NCBI GenBank assembly: GCA_000708835.1
Contig: DF236958.1
Span: forward strand, 186,001-250,000
Direction: 5' to 3'
Origin: Klebsormidium nitens
Lineage: Eukaryota > Plantae > Klebsormidiophyceae
Length of the DNA: 64,000 bases
In this document: positions 35,901 through 48,010 of the stretch, one piece after another
Numbering within the stretch: position 1 is the stretch's first letter
Layout of the letters: each line of letters begins with the position of its first letter
Position numbers and translations under genes: made by a program
Notes under the pieces: generated by a model
Seen by the model: only the letters and a program-made list of their open reading frames with translations
Databases searched by the model: none
What the model was told of the DNA's origin: nothing

Positions 35901-38313
35901 GACACAAGCGAAGCAACACTTAAGCTTACCCTCGTCTCTACAGTGTGGTTCGCACTTCCGGCCAATGACCCGCTCCCGCCACCACTGCCGCTTCTGCGGG
36001 GGCATCTTCTGCTGGTCGTGCACGCGCCACCGCTGCCTACTTCCGGCGCACTTCCGCCAGTCGGACCCCCAGCGAGTCTGCGACGCATGCAACGAGCGCT
36101 TGGAGCCGGTACAGGTGCGTTCGAACATCAAAGTGCTACGCGTTTGAGGATTTCCTGGAGGTTTTCGTCCCTGAGCCGTTTGCTTCATATGCTGCTCGTC
36201 ATTCGTTTGGAACAAGTGAGACGCGTGCAGTGAGTCCCTGGACCCTGTAGAGGTAGGTCTTTTGATGCTTTGCAGAAGGACCTGATCATACGAGCTCGTG
36301 ATTGGTTGTAGTCTTTCAAGGCCGCTGCCTTGGTGGATTGAATTACTTCGTGTGCTTGCGCTCTATCAACTCAAGCCCTTCGTTGCAAGCATCCGTTTGC
36401 ATTCAGGGGCACAGTTAGATAAGGAGTCACATTGAAGAATCTTCGCAAGCCCTAAGCCCTTTCCTTGGCTAACCAGTCTAACAAAGGGTCTCGCAGAACG
36501 TTTTTTACCTCCTTCCGCCCGCCACCTCCAATTCGGCTCCGCGTTTGCTTCTGTTCACCAGATCGAAGCCGCCTTTCCTTCATTTTGCAGAGGCTCTTAG
36601 CTGGCCGTGTCAGCAATGCCGCCCAGGTCGCCCTGCATGATGTCACTGACCCCGGGAGCTCCCTGCGCGCGTGGCTGAACAACCCGCTCGCCACGAGCCT
36701 CCAGGAAGACATTTTCAAGGCCACCGCCACGCTGCGCAGCTTCGAGCAAGTGGGCAGGCTAAAGCCGGAGAAGGGCATACCGGATTGGGTGCTCTCGGGG
36801 GCCAAAGGTATGCACCGAGGCCGCTTGCGTCTGTCGTGTATATATTAGGGTTCTCGTGGGTATGCTGTTTGCGGATTGCTCGTGGTCGGGCTGCAGGATG
36901 CTTGTTAGTCGCTTCAAGTGGGGAGTGTGTAAATCTCCTTCCACAAATTGCAACATATGATGGGGCTTCACAACAATGAGATTGGTAATTGTGACAGTCG
37001 TTACTGCTCACATCCGGCTCGTTGTCTTCCTCCAAGCGCTGCGATGGGGTTGTTTCGACAGAGGGCGTAAATCCGTACAGCCTATTTGCTATTTCTGCTC
37101 TGATTGTTTTAGCTGGCTGATTTGGGCGTTCCCTTGTAGGGCTCTACTTGGGCAAACAGTCACCCCTATCAACTCCACGGCGCAGCTAATGTTCACGTCG
37201 TCGGATGCAGGATTGGCCATCATTACAGTCTTCAAGATTGGCATCGGTCTAACGTACAAGATTGGGACGGGCCTGGTGGTGGCGCGACGGGAGGACGGGA
37301 CGTGGTCACCGCCCAGTGCGATAGGGCTGGCGGGGCTGGGCTACGGGCCGCAGGTAGGCTTTGCTGCTCGCCAGGTTTTGCGCTTTAAGTCCTGCAAGTT
37401 TCGGAACGGTAGTTAGATGCAATAGGACGTGTTAGAGACGCTGTCCTTGGCCTGCATTTAGCGCCACTTCGTGGCCGGCAGCAGGTTGGGAAGGAGATGG
37501 TCTGTGAACCTGTGTGGAGCGCACGCCGTGGATTGCGACGTTGACGTTGCGCCGCTGGATTGAGCCGCTCTGTTGAAGCAACTTGCAAGCAGCAAAGGGT
37601 ATGCAGATGCGGCTGCATGTAGCAGTCCGCACTTCCACTGATGTCCCACATTCGTTAAGGTGCATTTCGAAGTGCTGATTTATTTTTCAATCGAAAACTG
37701 CAATCAAGGCCAGTCCGCTTATTTCTGTATCCAACTTAAAGTCACAGGTTGCAGAAGGCCGTTCAATGTATCACGATTTGACTGATTGAGTCGCTCGATT
37801 ACCATTCGAGCATTGCTTGTAGAACGTCAGTCACCCATTATTGGAACTGAGAGAGAAAGCGCAATTATTATTGTTATTCTTCAGCTCGGCGGCGAGCTGA
37901 CCGATTTCGTGATAGTACTGCGGACGCTCGAGGCAGTCAAGGCCTTCACCGGGCGGGTCCATCTGTCGGTCGGCGCGGGACTCTCAGTTGCCGCGGGACC
38001 CGTTGGACGCTCCGCAGAGGCGGACGTCCGTGCCGGTCTGTCCGGAACGGCGGCCTGTCTGAGCTACAGCTGCAGTAAGGGGGTCTTCGTGGGGTTGTCG
38101 GTGGAGGGCAGCGTTGTTGCGACGAGGACGGAAGCAAATGCGCGGTTCTACGGGGACCAATCGATGCGCGCCCGGGAGCTGCTTCTAAGCGACGTGGGCA
38201 GTCCGAGGGCGGCAGCGCCGCTTTACGCGGCCTTGGATGCGCTGTTCTCGAAGGTGGATCCGGTAGAGGACGACTGCTTTCCGGGTGACATTTATGACGA
38301 CGAGGATGAGTAG
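32993..38313 (+). CDS. RING-finger + FYVE + SYLF/Ysc84 protein (CFS1/FYVE2-like with extra N-terminal RING), 8 exons, ~565 aa
   Basis: Exons 32993-33077, 33418-33482, 34289-34442, 34915-35348, 35944-36114, 36591-36807, 37211-37353, 37885-38313; total 1698 nt with consistent phases (intron 4 is GC-AG). RING: CAVC..LPCGHNGCLHC..CPLC. FYVE: WMPD..CMQC..RSRHHCRFC..CWSC..RVCDAC. SYLF: GTGLVVARREDGTWSPPSAI, GGELTDFVIVL, SCSKGVFVGLSVEG. Confidence 0.92.
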
Positions 38314-39515
38314 GTAGAGTAGGCCGGAAGCGGTTGTGATACAACGTTATACTGGATAGGAACGCACCAGCATGCACGTTGCGTGGGCTGACGTTCTATA
38401 TTGTGGAATTATGTAAAGTGGGCAGGTAGGATAGGCGCACGTGTACAAATATAGATCTGTGGATAACGTTAGACTGCAACTCATTGCAGAACGGCCTTGA
38501 GCAATTCGATAAAACCTAAAACCATCGCTGGGTGTGGTTGGTGGTAAAACCTCAGTGCATATTACAAGAAGCTGTAGGTCGCGGCAGGCCCTTCGGAAAA
38601 CCTCAATGCATACAACAGTGCTTACAAAACGTAGCCAGCTCAATCAACTAGCGAGCAACGTATGCCTCACATGTTCGACCATACAACCAGGCAGCTCCAC
38701 CGCGGAAGCGCACCCATCGGGCCGTATAAGGCTCACCGCGTCGACGAAGTCACCAACAGAATTCTGCCCAGAATGGAAAGAAAGTACAAAAATCCCCTCG
38801 TACACAAAGCCATTATTTTGGAACGAAGACATGATCTGTACAAATGGCTGTGATAGGTCTGATTTTACAGCTACATAAATGTGCTGCGTTCGAACCCTCT
38901 CTCCCGTAATAGCAACACGGGCATACCGACGGACAACTCTAGTCACAAGGTTTGAAGTTGAGAAAAAGAAAGGTCAAATGTGCAAATGATCAAAAGTCGC
39001 CTCGAGCAACGTCTGTAATCTTGTTGTTGAAGCACACAATAAATACTGGTCGCTTAGGAGCGTTCTATTCGACCTGGAAGAAACAAATGGCCAGCAAGCC
39101 GACTCTACTATGACCCAGACCTGGTTCTAAAATGTCCACGAGGTGACTCAGCAATCGATGGGGATGTTCCGAGACCTTCTTCTCGCTGCCTGTGACTTCA
39201 AATTACAAACTCTCGTTCCGCGGGCGTGGTGCTTACACGGTATGCTTGTCAAGCGAGTGTTTGCGTCTAGCAATAAATATGTATGCTCTAAGGTCTTTGA
39301 GCAAGTCTCTTATATATGCTGTCTGTGACTGTAACAAGGTGTTGTAAGCGGGCTTAGAGTGCGTATACGGTGTGCTTTTTGAAGCCTTCGGCCGTTTTTA
39401 CTATTACATGATCAAGTGCCCTATGGGCTTTGGGCGCTTCTCGCGATGATTGATCCTGTAACCCAATGAGCTGATGCCCAAAGCCGGGGAGCACCTATGA
39501 GAGCCGTGCGTACGT

Positions 39516-42500
39516 TTACAGAATGCCGTTGCAACTTCCTAGCTCTATAACGAGCTTGGACCAGCTCGGATCCACGCTCAAAGAGCGGCAGCACTGGCGC
39601 CGCAAGTTCGGGCCCCGGAAAAGGCCGTCGCGGCTCGGCGCAAACGGAACCACGTCGCGCGTTATCGTCGCCTCCGATACGCGCGCGACCATATGTGGGA
39701 CGCAGTCCGTCTGATTTTTCGGGACGTCTCTAGAGTACGTGCTGTTCATTTTATTTCCGGCGCTGGCCCCGACCCCGTCCACCCATAAATTTATCGGCGT
39801 CGCGCACTGGCCCCCGTCCGGGTAACTCTCGACCTCCGACCGCGTGTCGAACGTAAACTCCTTGATGCCCTTGCGATACCCGTAGGACTGGAACGTCATT
39901 TCCGCCCGCTCTAGATCTCCGACGCGACCCGCCCCGACGAACAGCTTCACCGAGTAGCCCCACGAGACGACGGCCGTGAACATGTTCTCGTGGTCTATGC
40001 AAAACGCGGTCTGCAGAAAGTTGATCGGGTCCGCGCGCATGTTGTTCGTAAACCGCGCCAGCGCCGGCACGCGCGTCATGTTCGGGAACACGGGGTCCAG
40101 CAGCATGACGTGGTGCATGGAAATGAACGGCGCGAGCGGGTGCGCTTGTAAAAACCCCGCCACGTTTCCGCGCAGGTCGAACTGGTGGAACCCCCGGACA
40201 CGTGTCAGCTGCACGCCGAGCTCCGCGGAGCAGATGCGCACGCGCGCGTCGCTCCCGTATTGTTCCGGGTAGCGCCGGATACAGTCGTCCATGGTCTCGG
40301 AGAGCGCGAGCGCGAGCGGCCAGCTGACAGCGATGCCCCCCCCGCCGTAGGCCATCTCGTACCCGGCGATGACCAACTGTTCGCCGGTCTCGGAGGCGCT
40401 GCCCAGGTAGAGCATTTCGGTGTGATCGTAACTGTAAATTGGGAAGAGGGGGAGTGATCAGAGGTAATCCGCAGCTGCTGACGGAGAAGGGAAATTCCAT
40501 TCTAAACACTGCAGAAAAAGCTGCCCAAGTAGAGCATCTCGGTGTGGTCGTAACTGTAGATTGGGGGGGGACTGGTCAGAGATGACCCTTCGCTCTTATC
40601 ACAGAAGGGCCAGAAGAAGTTGTGTCCAATGATCGAGAAAGCTGCCCGGGTAGAGCATCGAGTCGGTAGGTCGTAGCTGCAAGGGGGGGAAATGAGATAA
40701 TGAGTTTGTTTCCCCCCACGTTCAGGAGCTAACGGATTGTCGGAAAGCCTGCCCAAGTGTCGTAGCTGCAATAGAGGGGTGGGATAGTCAGGAATATCTC
40801 TAGCACGATTCTTACAACGCATTACTTGCAAATAGACCGTCTTGGAAAAACTGCCCAGGTAGAGCATTGCGGTGTGGTCGTAACCGCAGAACCGGGGACG
40901 AGTATTGAAGTGCTCGAACACTCGATAAACCCTTGTTACTTGAGCCTTGACCTTCTGCATCCGAGTCTGGGTGTGGGCAGATTTTAGGCGAGGGCTTTTG
41001 CCCTCCGAAGCCTGCAGCTAATCTGTGAGGCTTTTCCTCCTTCTAAAGCAGTTAGTATTGACCCGTAAGAGAAAGTTTCTTACAAAATACGTCTTGATCC
41101 AGCTTCGTACTCCGGAACAAAGCGCTACTTTTTGGAATCAGCTCACACGATAAGGCCTCTTCGGTGATCGCATCGCAGAAATCGAGGCGTTGGTCTGGGC
41201 GACGCTGACACTAGGTCGAACCAGCAGTGAGCTCGATGAACCCATGAGACTCAAGAGCAGAGCATTAAACGAACATTGACCGTCAAAAGTGCGACCTTGG
41301 AACAGCGGATTGTTCCCAAAGGCCCCTCAACAACACAAGAACCCACGTGGCAAACAACGGCAAAAGATAGCTGTCTGCAGCCTAACCCTGCAGACTCCTT
41401 CTGACCATATGCTTTGTGCGGATCTTACCCGTGACGTGTGCTTCTCGGAATCCCTTAGCACTGCACTGTGAGTAGGGAGCCCCAACGTGACGTGAAGTGA
41501 CGTGTGATGTGAGATAGATGCCAGGGGCCCCTGTTTTGTTGCGTTTGTCGAAAGCCCCCTGGGAAGTTCGTCTGATGCTTTGTGCGGGTGTAACTGAGTG
41601 TGTGGAACGTGTGGAAATCAAGCGGATTGTCCAATTCGTGAGGCGTCAAGCGGAGAGCATTGTAGGAAAGATGGCAGGAGTTCGAAGTGCGTCAAGTGTG
41701 ACGATGGGAGACCAGATGCCATCGCAACACCTCAGCTTTCCAAGCACTACTTGCTGAATATACGTCCAATTCTCGACCACCAGCGTAACCAGCCGCTTTC
41801 TTGACATACTGGGTCTTGTTTTCGCTATCAGTAGGGCACTTTGCAGGTATATTCAAGCTGCGTGGACGGACGAATGGAGGGCTTTTGCTGTTCCTAGGGG
41901 GGCGCCACTATCATACTAAAATGTGGAAGCGGTTTTCAACGAAGTGTCCCCAGGTGCTGGCACAACCCGCAACCAACAAAGCAAAGCGGACCAAATTGCC
42001 TCGCTTTGACATATCACTTAATTCTGTCTTCAATCTGATGACAAGTGTCTTCAATCGGATGACAAATGCAAGTGGATCAGTGCTACCATTTTCTCAAGGG
42101 CCCTTGAAGATCTTCTTTCTCCAGCAATAGGACCCTCAGGACTTGCTTTCACCGGCAATAAGATGATCCTCACCTAGAGAGCACCGCTGCAAGCGCGTCC
42201 GGATTGAACACCGTGTCATCGTCTCCCATCACGAACCACCGCACGTCCGGTAGCCCCAACTGAAACGCCTCAATCACAATCCTCGCGACGCGCAGACACG
42301 AGCGGGGGCCCCATCCCGTGTACGGCAAATGAGAGGTGTCTTCGGACACTCGCGCCTCGGGGAGCCCTTCGGACGCCCAGTCGTAGTCCTGGAGCGCGCC
42401 GTCCAACCAGACGAAGCCACGTGTCTTGTTGGGCTGCCACCAGGTGCGCACGAGATCCTTGCGCGAGGAATAGCTGTGGACGGAGGAACCGATGCCGAAC

Positions 42501-44441
42501 AAGACGTTGCGCAGGGCTGCATGAGGGGCACGGAGTTGGTCAGAAAGAGAACCAGGTTTGTTACAGAGGGCGTCAAAGGACCGGTCCTACATGACGTCAG
42601 CAGCGTACGGCGTATTTAAATCGTCCGACGAATCTGCCCGCGTGACGTCGAAATCGAAAACCGGTGTGAGCCCTATCCGCGCGGCGTGCGGAAAAAGGAG
42701 AAAAGTTGCTCTGGCCGAGTTTCGATCGCTCACTTTCACGGTGACATCAAGCGCACATGCCAGTTGTGCTAGAGATTTCTGTGTGCCCAACTTGGATCCA
42801 AATGCACAGGTCGGGGCGGTATATGAAGTCTGACGCCCTCTTTAAGGCCAGACCAAATCAGTGGTGGTAGTAAGCATCATACTTCGAAGTATGATGACGT
42901 ACGGTCATCTCGGGTGGAGAACAAGACAGAGTGAAGCATTTTCTGATCAGGTAACTGTGCACAAGATTGTAAGGGTAAGGAAGGGGAAATCGTGTCAAGG
43001 AAGGTTACTTCGAGTGAGCGGACCTTTCTCTTGTCGGTCCAAAGCAGGGAGTGAGGGGCGGTAGTTGAGTCTGACCGCAAAGCAAGAGGCTTTGGACACG
43101 ATTCTGGAGCTTGTGCAGCTAAGGTGAAAAAGCATGTAAGGATTGGGAAATATAAGTTTGGTGTTCGGTCGCGCTAAGTTGCCGGAAAGGGAGACGTGAG
43201 GGTAGTCAAGAGCTTTCTTTCAACCATAAGTAGATACAATCTTGCGAAGTGAGTGTATCATTCAGCATTGTTTGGGAGGGTGGGAGGGCGAATTGAAGAG
43301 ACTGTTTGTAGGGTTGTGAAGTAGGGTCTGCAGGGAGTATGGGCGTGCGATGCGCTGGGAGGGCAGAGAGAAGGGGTCCAATGTCATCAGAATGTTTTAT
43401 AAAACAGGATGCGACAAGGCCCAAGATCGTTTATTCAGGTTCAAGGAGGAAACAAATTTTAAATTAGCCGGCTGAAAAGAAGCCCAGATGTGCACAAAGG
43501 GAGACAGGGAGTAAGCAGAGAGGCTCAGATTGGGCCGCACATTAGTGGGTACGGAGGCCTGCAAGACTTCCATTCTTTTTGTATGGACCGCATCTGTCAC
43601 CACGTTCTCAATTGTGCAGCCAAAAAGTCATTACTGGGTATACGCTCAGCTCCTTTCACGAGCAGCAAATCCTTTTCGAAGCCTCCAGGATCTCTCAGAC
43701 CCAGTTGCCACTGCGTCTAAAGCGTTTCTTCAATTACCCACACATGCAGTCAACCAAGAACAACCAGCCCCAGGATCTAGTCAGTGGTGATTCCCTTTGA
43801 AAGCATGTCAAGTCTGAAAGCATGTCAAGTCTGAGCAGACCAGTTGAGATCTGCTGTCCACCGATCGCTGCCACAGCTGCTGAGTAGGTAGCAAAATCTA
43901 GAGCCCACGAGCCCGCATTTTTGGCTTGTTTTGTACACTGAAGGATCTCAATTGATGGTGCATCTTAATTGACCACCTGGATAGGCTGCAATGCAGAAGC
44001 CCATACTTGCCATCATCAAAGTCCACTTGAACCTTGATGTAAGAATTCCACCTTGACTTCTATCAGAGAGCTCCTCAAGATAAAAGTTGGCTGTGATCCT
44101 GAAAATCTTTCACTCCTGACATAGCCACAGCAAGAACACTGACTGGTGGGCGTCGCAGTATTGAAGCCCGTCCAGTTCCCGCTGCGGATCCTCTCCTGCT
44201 CCGCTCCCGTCAGCTGCGGGGCCCCTTCTGAATAGTTGCCGCGGTGCTTCTCCTGGACCTCATGCACGCGCTGCACTTGCACGCTGATTAGAAACGCGTC
44301 CTCGTGGCTCATGAGGGCGGTTCCAAAACGCTGGCGCGACCAGAGGAGGTCGAACGAGCGCCCGGCCATGAAGGACGTGACCATCAGGATCAGCGGCAGG
44401 AGCTTCGCCCCAGTGGGCCAGGACTTAGTCATGGTTTGCAT
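39516..44441 (-). CDS. DUF604 / fringe-like (GT31-related) glycosyltransferase, 3 exons, ~518 aa
   Basis: Exons 44441-44144, 42516-42174 and 40431-39516 (phases 1 and 2; total 1557 nt). N-terminal signal anchor. Motifs RWFVMGDDDTVF (DxD), YDHTEMLYLGSASE, MAYGGGGIAVS, GFHQFDLRG and HPLAPFISMHH. Confidence 0.92.
40432..40890 (-). repeat. Four tandem degenerate copies of the DUF604 intron-2 acceptor plus exon-3 start
   Basis: Copies start at 40553, 40676, 40765 and 40883; the real exon starts at 40431. Spacing is 122/123/89/118 nt. The first three keep AG; the fourth has GG. Confidence 0.9.
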
Positions 44442-45308
44442 GCACCGGGGCAATAACCCACCCTGGTTAAGGGGGTTGAAAGGGTACTGGCCGGCTTGTT
44501 CTATACGGGCTCTGGTTAAGAACCAAACCTCCGTCAGGGCTTGACAGCTGGCAGACCGGGGCCGGCGCTCCCTACAGTGGGCTGGCAAAGCGGAGACGTG
44601 GTCTACTTTGCTGAAGCGGGGACAATGCTGCGAAAGCAAGCGCTTCCTCCCAGCATGGCACTCAGATGGCTCGACTGATCCTGCCCAGTGACAGTGGTTC
44701 GTATTTATCGAAGTTGCAAGCTGCCACCTTTGAGGGAACGAGGTAGCAGGAGATTGGAGGGATCCACTCTTTGTCCCTGAGCTTGCAACCCCAAAAGGTG
44801 GTGCTGCCAGGTGCAGGTCCCTCCCTAGGAGTCCCTATACCTACCTACCAACGTACCGTGACCAGAATATTCTCTCCCTCTGGCGCACTTTCCAAGTGCC
44901 TACCTAGCTCTTTCCACCACTGGGAGTCGGACTATTGTCGGATTGTAGGTAGCTTCGAAGTCCGTGAAGAGGCTCGCCAGAGTACCTACTGCGCAGTGCG
45001 CCTGGCTCTAGAGAGCAGAGCCTATCCAGGTTTGAATGCCTTGCAAGTTGCGCCTAACCGTTGGGCCCGAGTTGGCAACAACATCGGGACTCTCACGCAA
45101 TGTGACATCAACGCAATGAATACCGGTCTGTCCAGCTGGCATCCGAAAGCCACCTGGCAACTTGCTGGCGCAATTTTCATGCCAGCCCTTGATCGTACGG
45201 AAGGCGTATGCCAAGCGTCAAATCAGGAGCTCAACGAGCATTAAGTGCGCGGCCTGCGCGGCAAGGTCGTTGTTCCGGCAATGACGCATATCGAATATCT
45301 CTCTCGAG

Positions 45309-45339
45309 TTCATGAAGGGTAAGGTCCATGAAGGGTAAG
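45309..45339 (+). repeat. 31-bp motif, exact inverted repeat of 55705-55735 (contains a tandem 16-mer)
   Basis: TTCATGAAGGGTAAGGTCCATGAAGGGTAAG here; CTTACCCTTCATGGACCTTACCCTTCATGAA at 55705-55735. Confidence 0.9.
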
Positions 45340-47143
45340 GTCCTTGGCCCGAGAACTCTAGTCGTTGCCGCTTCCGTAGAATACGGCGTCCGACCTAGTC
45401 GCGTCGGACACTTGCAGTCTTGCAGCGTCCGAGAATCGCTGAACCGCTTATGAAAGTGTGTAACGCCCTATGATAGGGACAACGGTCTTCTGGCTCGGCT
45501 ATGCGCTGGCCAAGGCACTTGTAAAATACAGCGTATGTCTGCTCCGAAGAAAGTAGAAACCAGCCTTAATAATCGGGTAAGGTTACAGCAAGGCACAGCT
45601 TGATTCTACTATTGTATCTATTGACAAGACATTTTTTGTATGTAGCACCCCTTTGATTAAAAGCTTCCTGCCACAAGCCTCTCTCTCTCTCCCCAATGCT
45701 GGGCAGGGAAACTGGTTGAGGCTCTCTCAAAAGTATGGAGAGCTTTCACCTTTAAAATGGCGCTTCTAACAAGGAAGGGAGCTGAGGCTTGTATGCTTCA
45801 CAGGTGAGCTACCTTTGCATCAGTCTTTTGCACTGCATATCTGGAATATGCTCAAACTTGCATGGATGGTTGGTGTGCGCAGGGGGTCCATCTGTCGAGA
45901 TTGATTGAATGTGCAGCTCATACCTTTTCATTTCATCTCAAGACATTCTTAGGGTATGCTGGATATCTCTTCTTTGCAGGAGACTCTCTTAGCTTCTTAC
46001 TCAAAAAGCAGACTGGTCGTAGATTGTGTACTATGCATGATCGTGAAACCTTGAGTTGTTCCAAACTTCAAAAGCAGGACGGGGGTCACCCTCAATGACT
46101 TGATCATGACAAATGTTGAGGCAGGGCTATGCTGGGGTACGCTGTGGATGCACCATTGGGATATATGAAGAGCGCCCCGATCTGGCTGTTTGCAAACTCG
46201 ACTGTCGGTAGTGGTCCGAGTTCGTGGGTGCTCGCACTACACTTGACCTCTGCTCCAAAGCTTCCAAGGGTCTTCACTCCCGCTTGTCTCCCGCTCTGCA
46301 GCCCTGGAGGAGCGCTCAGCCAGTGGCCAACCAGGAGCTCCATGTGCCCCTTTGTCCACTCGTCACCAGCGCAACCTCGTGCAGGTAAGGCTCTTAGGTG
46401 TCATCGTTTTGCTGCATGAAGACTTTATTTGCTCCTGGTGTGCTGTGCTCATGCCCTGGGACTGCAACTCTTTGCTTGAGACTGCACCTGTCTGCTTCTT
46501 CCAGCACCAAGTAGACTATCAGTCAGCGGGCCTTCACGAAAAGAACGTCACCGGCATGATTTTATTCTTTTCTTTTCTGTCTGTTATTTTGTGGACAAAA
46601 TCATTCATACATGCATCGTTAAATTTCCTCTTCTCACTGAGTGTACTTGGTCTCTCAGCAGGGACATGCTGGCGCCCCATTGTTGGACAACTGGTCTGGG
46701 CGGTCCAGCACGGTCCTCGTGTTGCATTTTATAGGTGAGTGCCCTTGGTTGCATTGAGGTTGCTCAACTTCAACTACACAGCTGATGCGTTATTGACTGC
46801 ATGCGGTGACAGATGTGGAATGATGATACAAAATACACTGGCTTGCTGATTATTCCTGTGCACATCGCGATGGCAATTGTTTGCTTGCGCAACAGATCGA
46901 CCGAAACATGCAGACAAAGTATTTCTTGTGCCTCAAAACACGTGCATTTGGGCCTCGTTGCTGTGTTCTGTTTTCAAGCTGCATCTGAGCATCGAGTCAA
47001 GGTGCAACTTGGAGACAAAAGTTCGATCACTTTTTCCAGGGGCGTTTATGTGGAGACATGTATTCAGGTGCATGCTGACCAGTGCGGGGTGCGGGGCCGG
47101 CGCGAGGAGCAAAATTGAATAACATGCTTCTTTGCTTTTGCAG

Positions 47144-48010
47144 GGCATCGAGCGCGAGCGTGTGAAGCAGATGGAGGCGCGGCTAAAGAAGGACATCCAC
47201 GGCGAGGCGAGCACTGTGAGGGCGCCGTCAGCAGGTCACGGCGGCCAGCGTGCGAACGCCGCCTGAGGTGGGCATCTTGAGATGGAGGTGTATTACATTT
47301 TAAGCTCCTGAGTATTTTGACCAAACCTGGGGATGAGACCCCTGGTTTGCCGGTCGTCGACATGTTGGTTATGCTGACCAGCATGCGCAGCCGCACAAGA
47401 TGAGTTGCGCGGATTTTAGTACGGGTCTTCACTTGCCCTCCCCTCTGGTCGTCCAAATCGATTAAGGCTTTCTAAAGCCGGTTTTTCTGGACGTGATGGA
47501 TTTTGAAAGCAACAGAAGCTCTCTTGCTTTATCAATGATGTGAAAAAGAAGTCCTTTGTTCTGAGGAATGGAGTCCTGGCGATCTCTCTGTGTGTCAGCG
47601 TTCTGCATCAATGAAATGGAGAGCCATTAACCTCCTGTTTCAGGAAGTGTGGTTTTCTGGCTCATCCCTCGTCGCAGCAATGTTGACAAATTCAGAAAAA
47701 TTCAGTCGCCTTTTCTTGGATGCTTTAACCACCTCACTCCCGGGTCGGTGTCCCAGAACGATAGCTTACTCGTGAGCCCCGCTTGCGTGCTGCCTGAACT
47801 CAATGTTGCTCACTCTGCACCGATATCGGTGGGCATTCCAAAGACTCTGTGTGAAAGGGGAAGTATTGACACTTTCGCTCTTGGAGTTCACGTGTCAATG
47901 GAGCTGCAGGCGGAGGGCGTCCGGCTGGGGTACTCGCGCGCCTCACTCACAGACGGCAAGGCGCCTAAGAGCCCCCACTTTGACGCATCGGCGCGCAACA
48001 TCAGCAGGCT
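47144..48010 (+). pseudogene. Degenerate exon fragments of a plant paladin-like (PTP-like phytase repeat) gene
   Basis: AG|GIERERVKQMEARLKKDIHGEA at 47144-47215 and LQAEGVRLGYSRASLTDGKAPKSPHFD at ~47900-47990 resemble the plant paladin motifs GI.R.RVE.MEARLKEDIL and KYARVPITDGKAPKSSDFD. A frameshift and stop follow the first block, and no complete gene can be built. Confidence 0.6.

Noticed and set aside
40431-40890. Regularly spaced repeats (also at 57400-59345) superficially like a CRISPR array
   Set aside because: Eukaryotic intron context, degenerate repeats that copy the adjacent exon, related spacers, and no cas genes.
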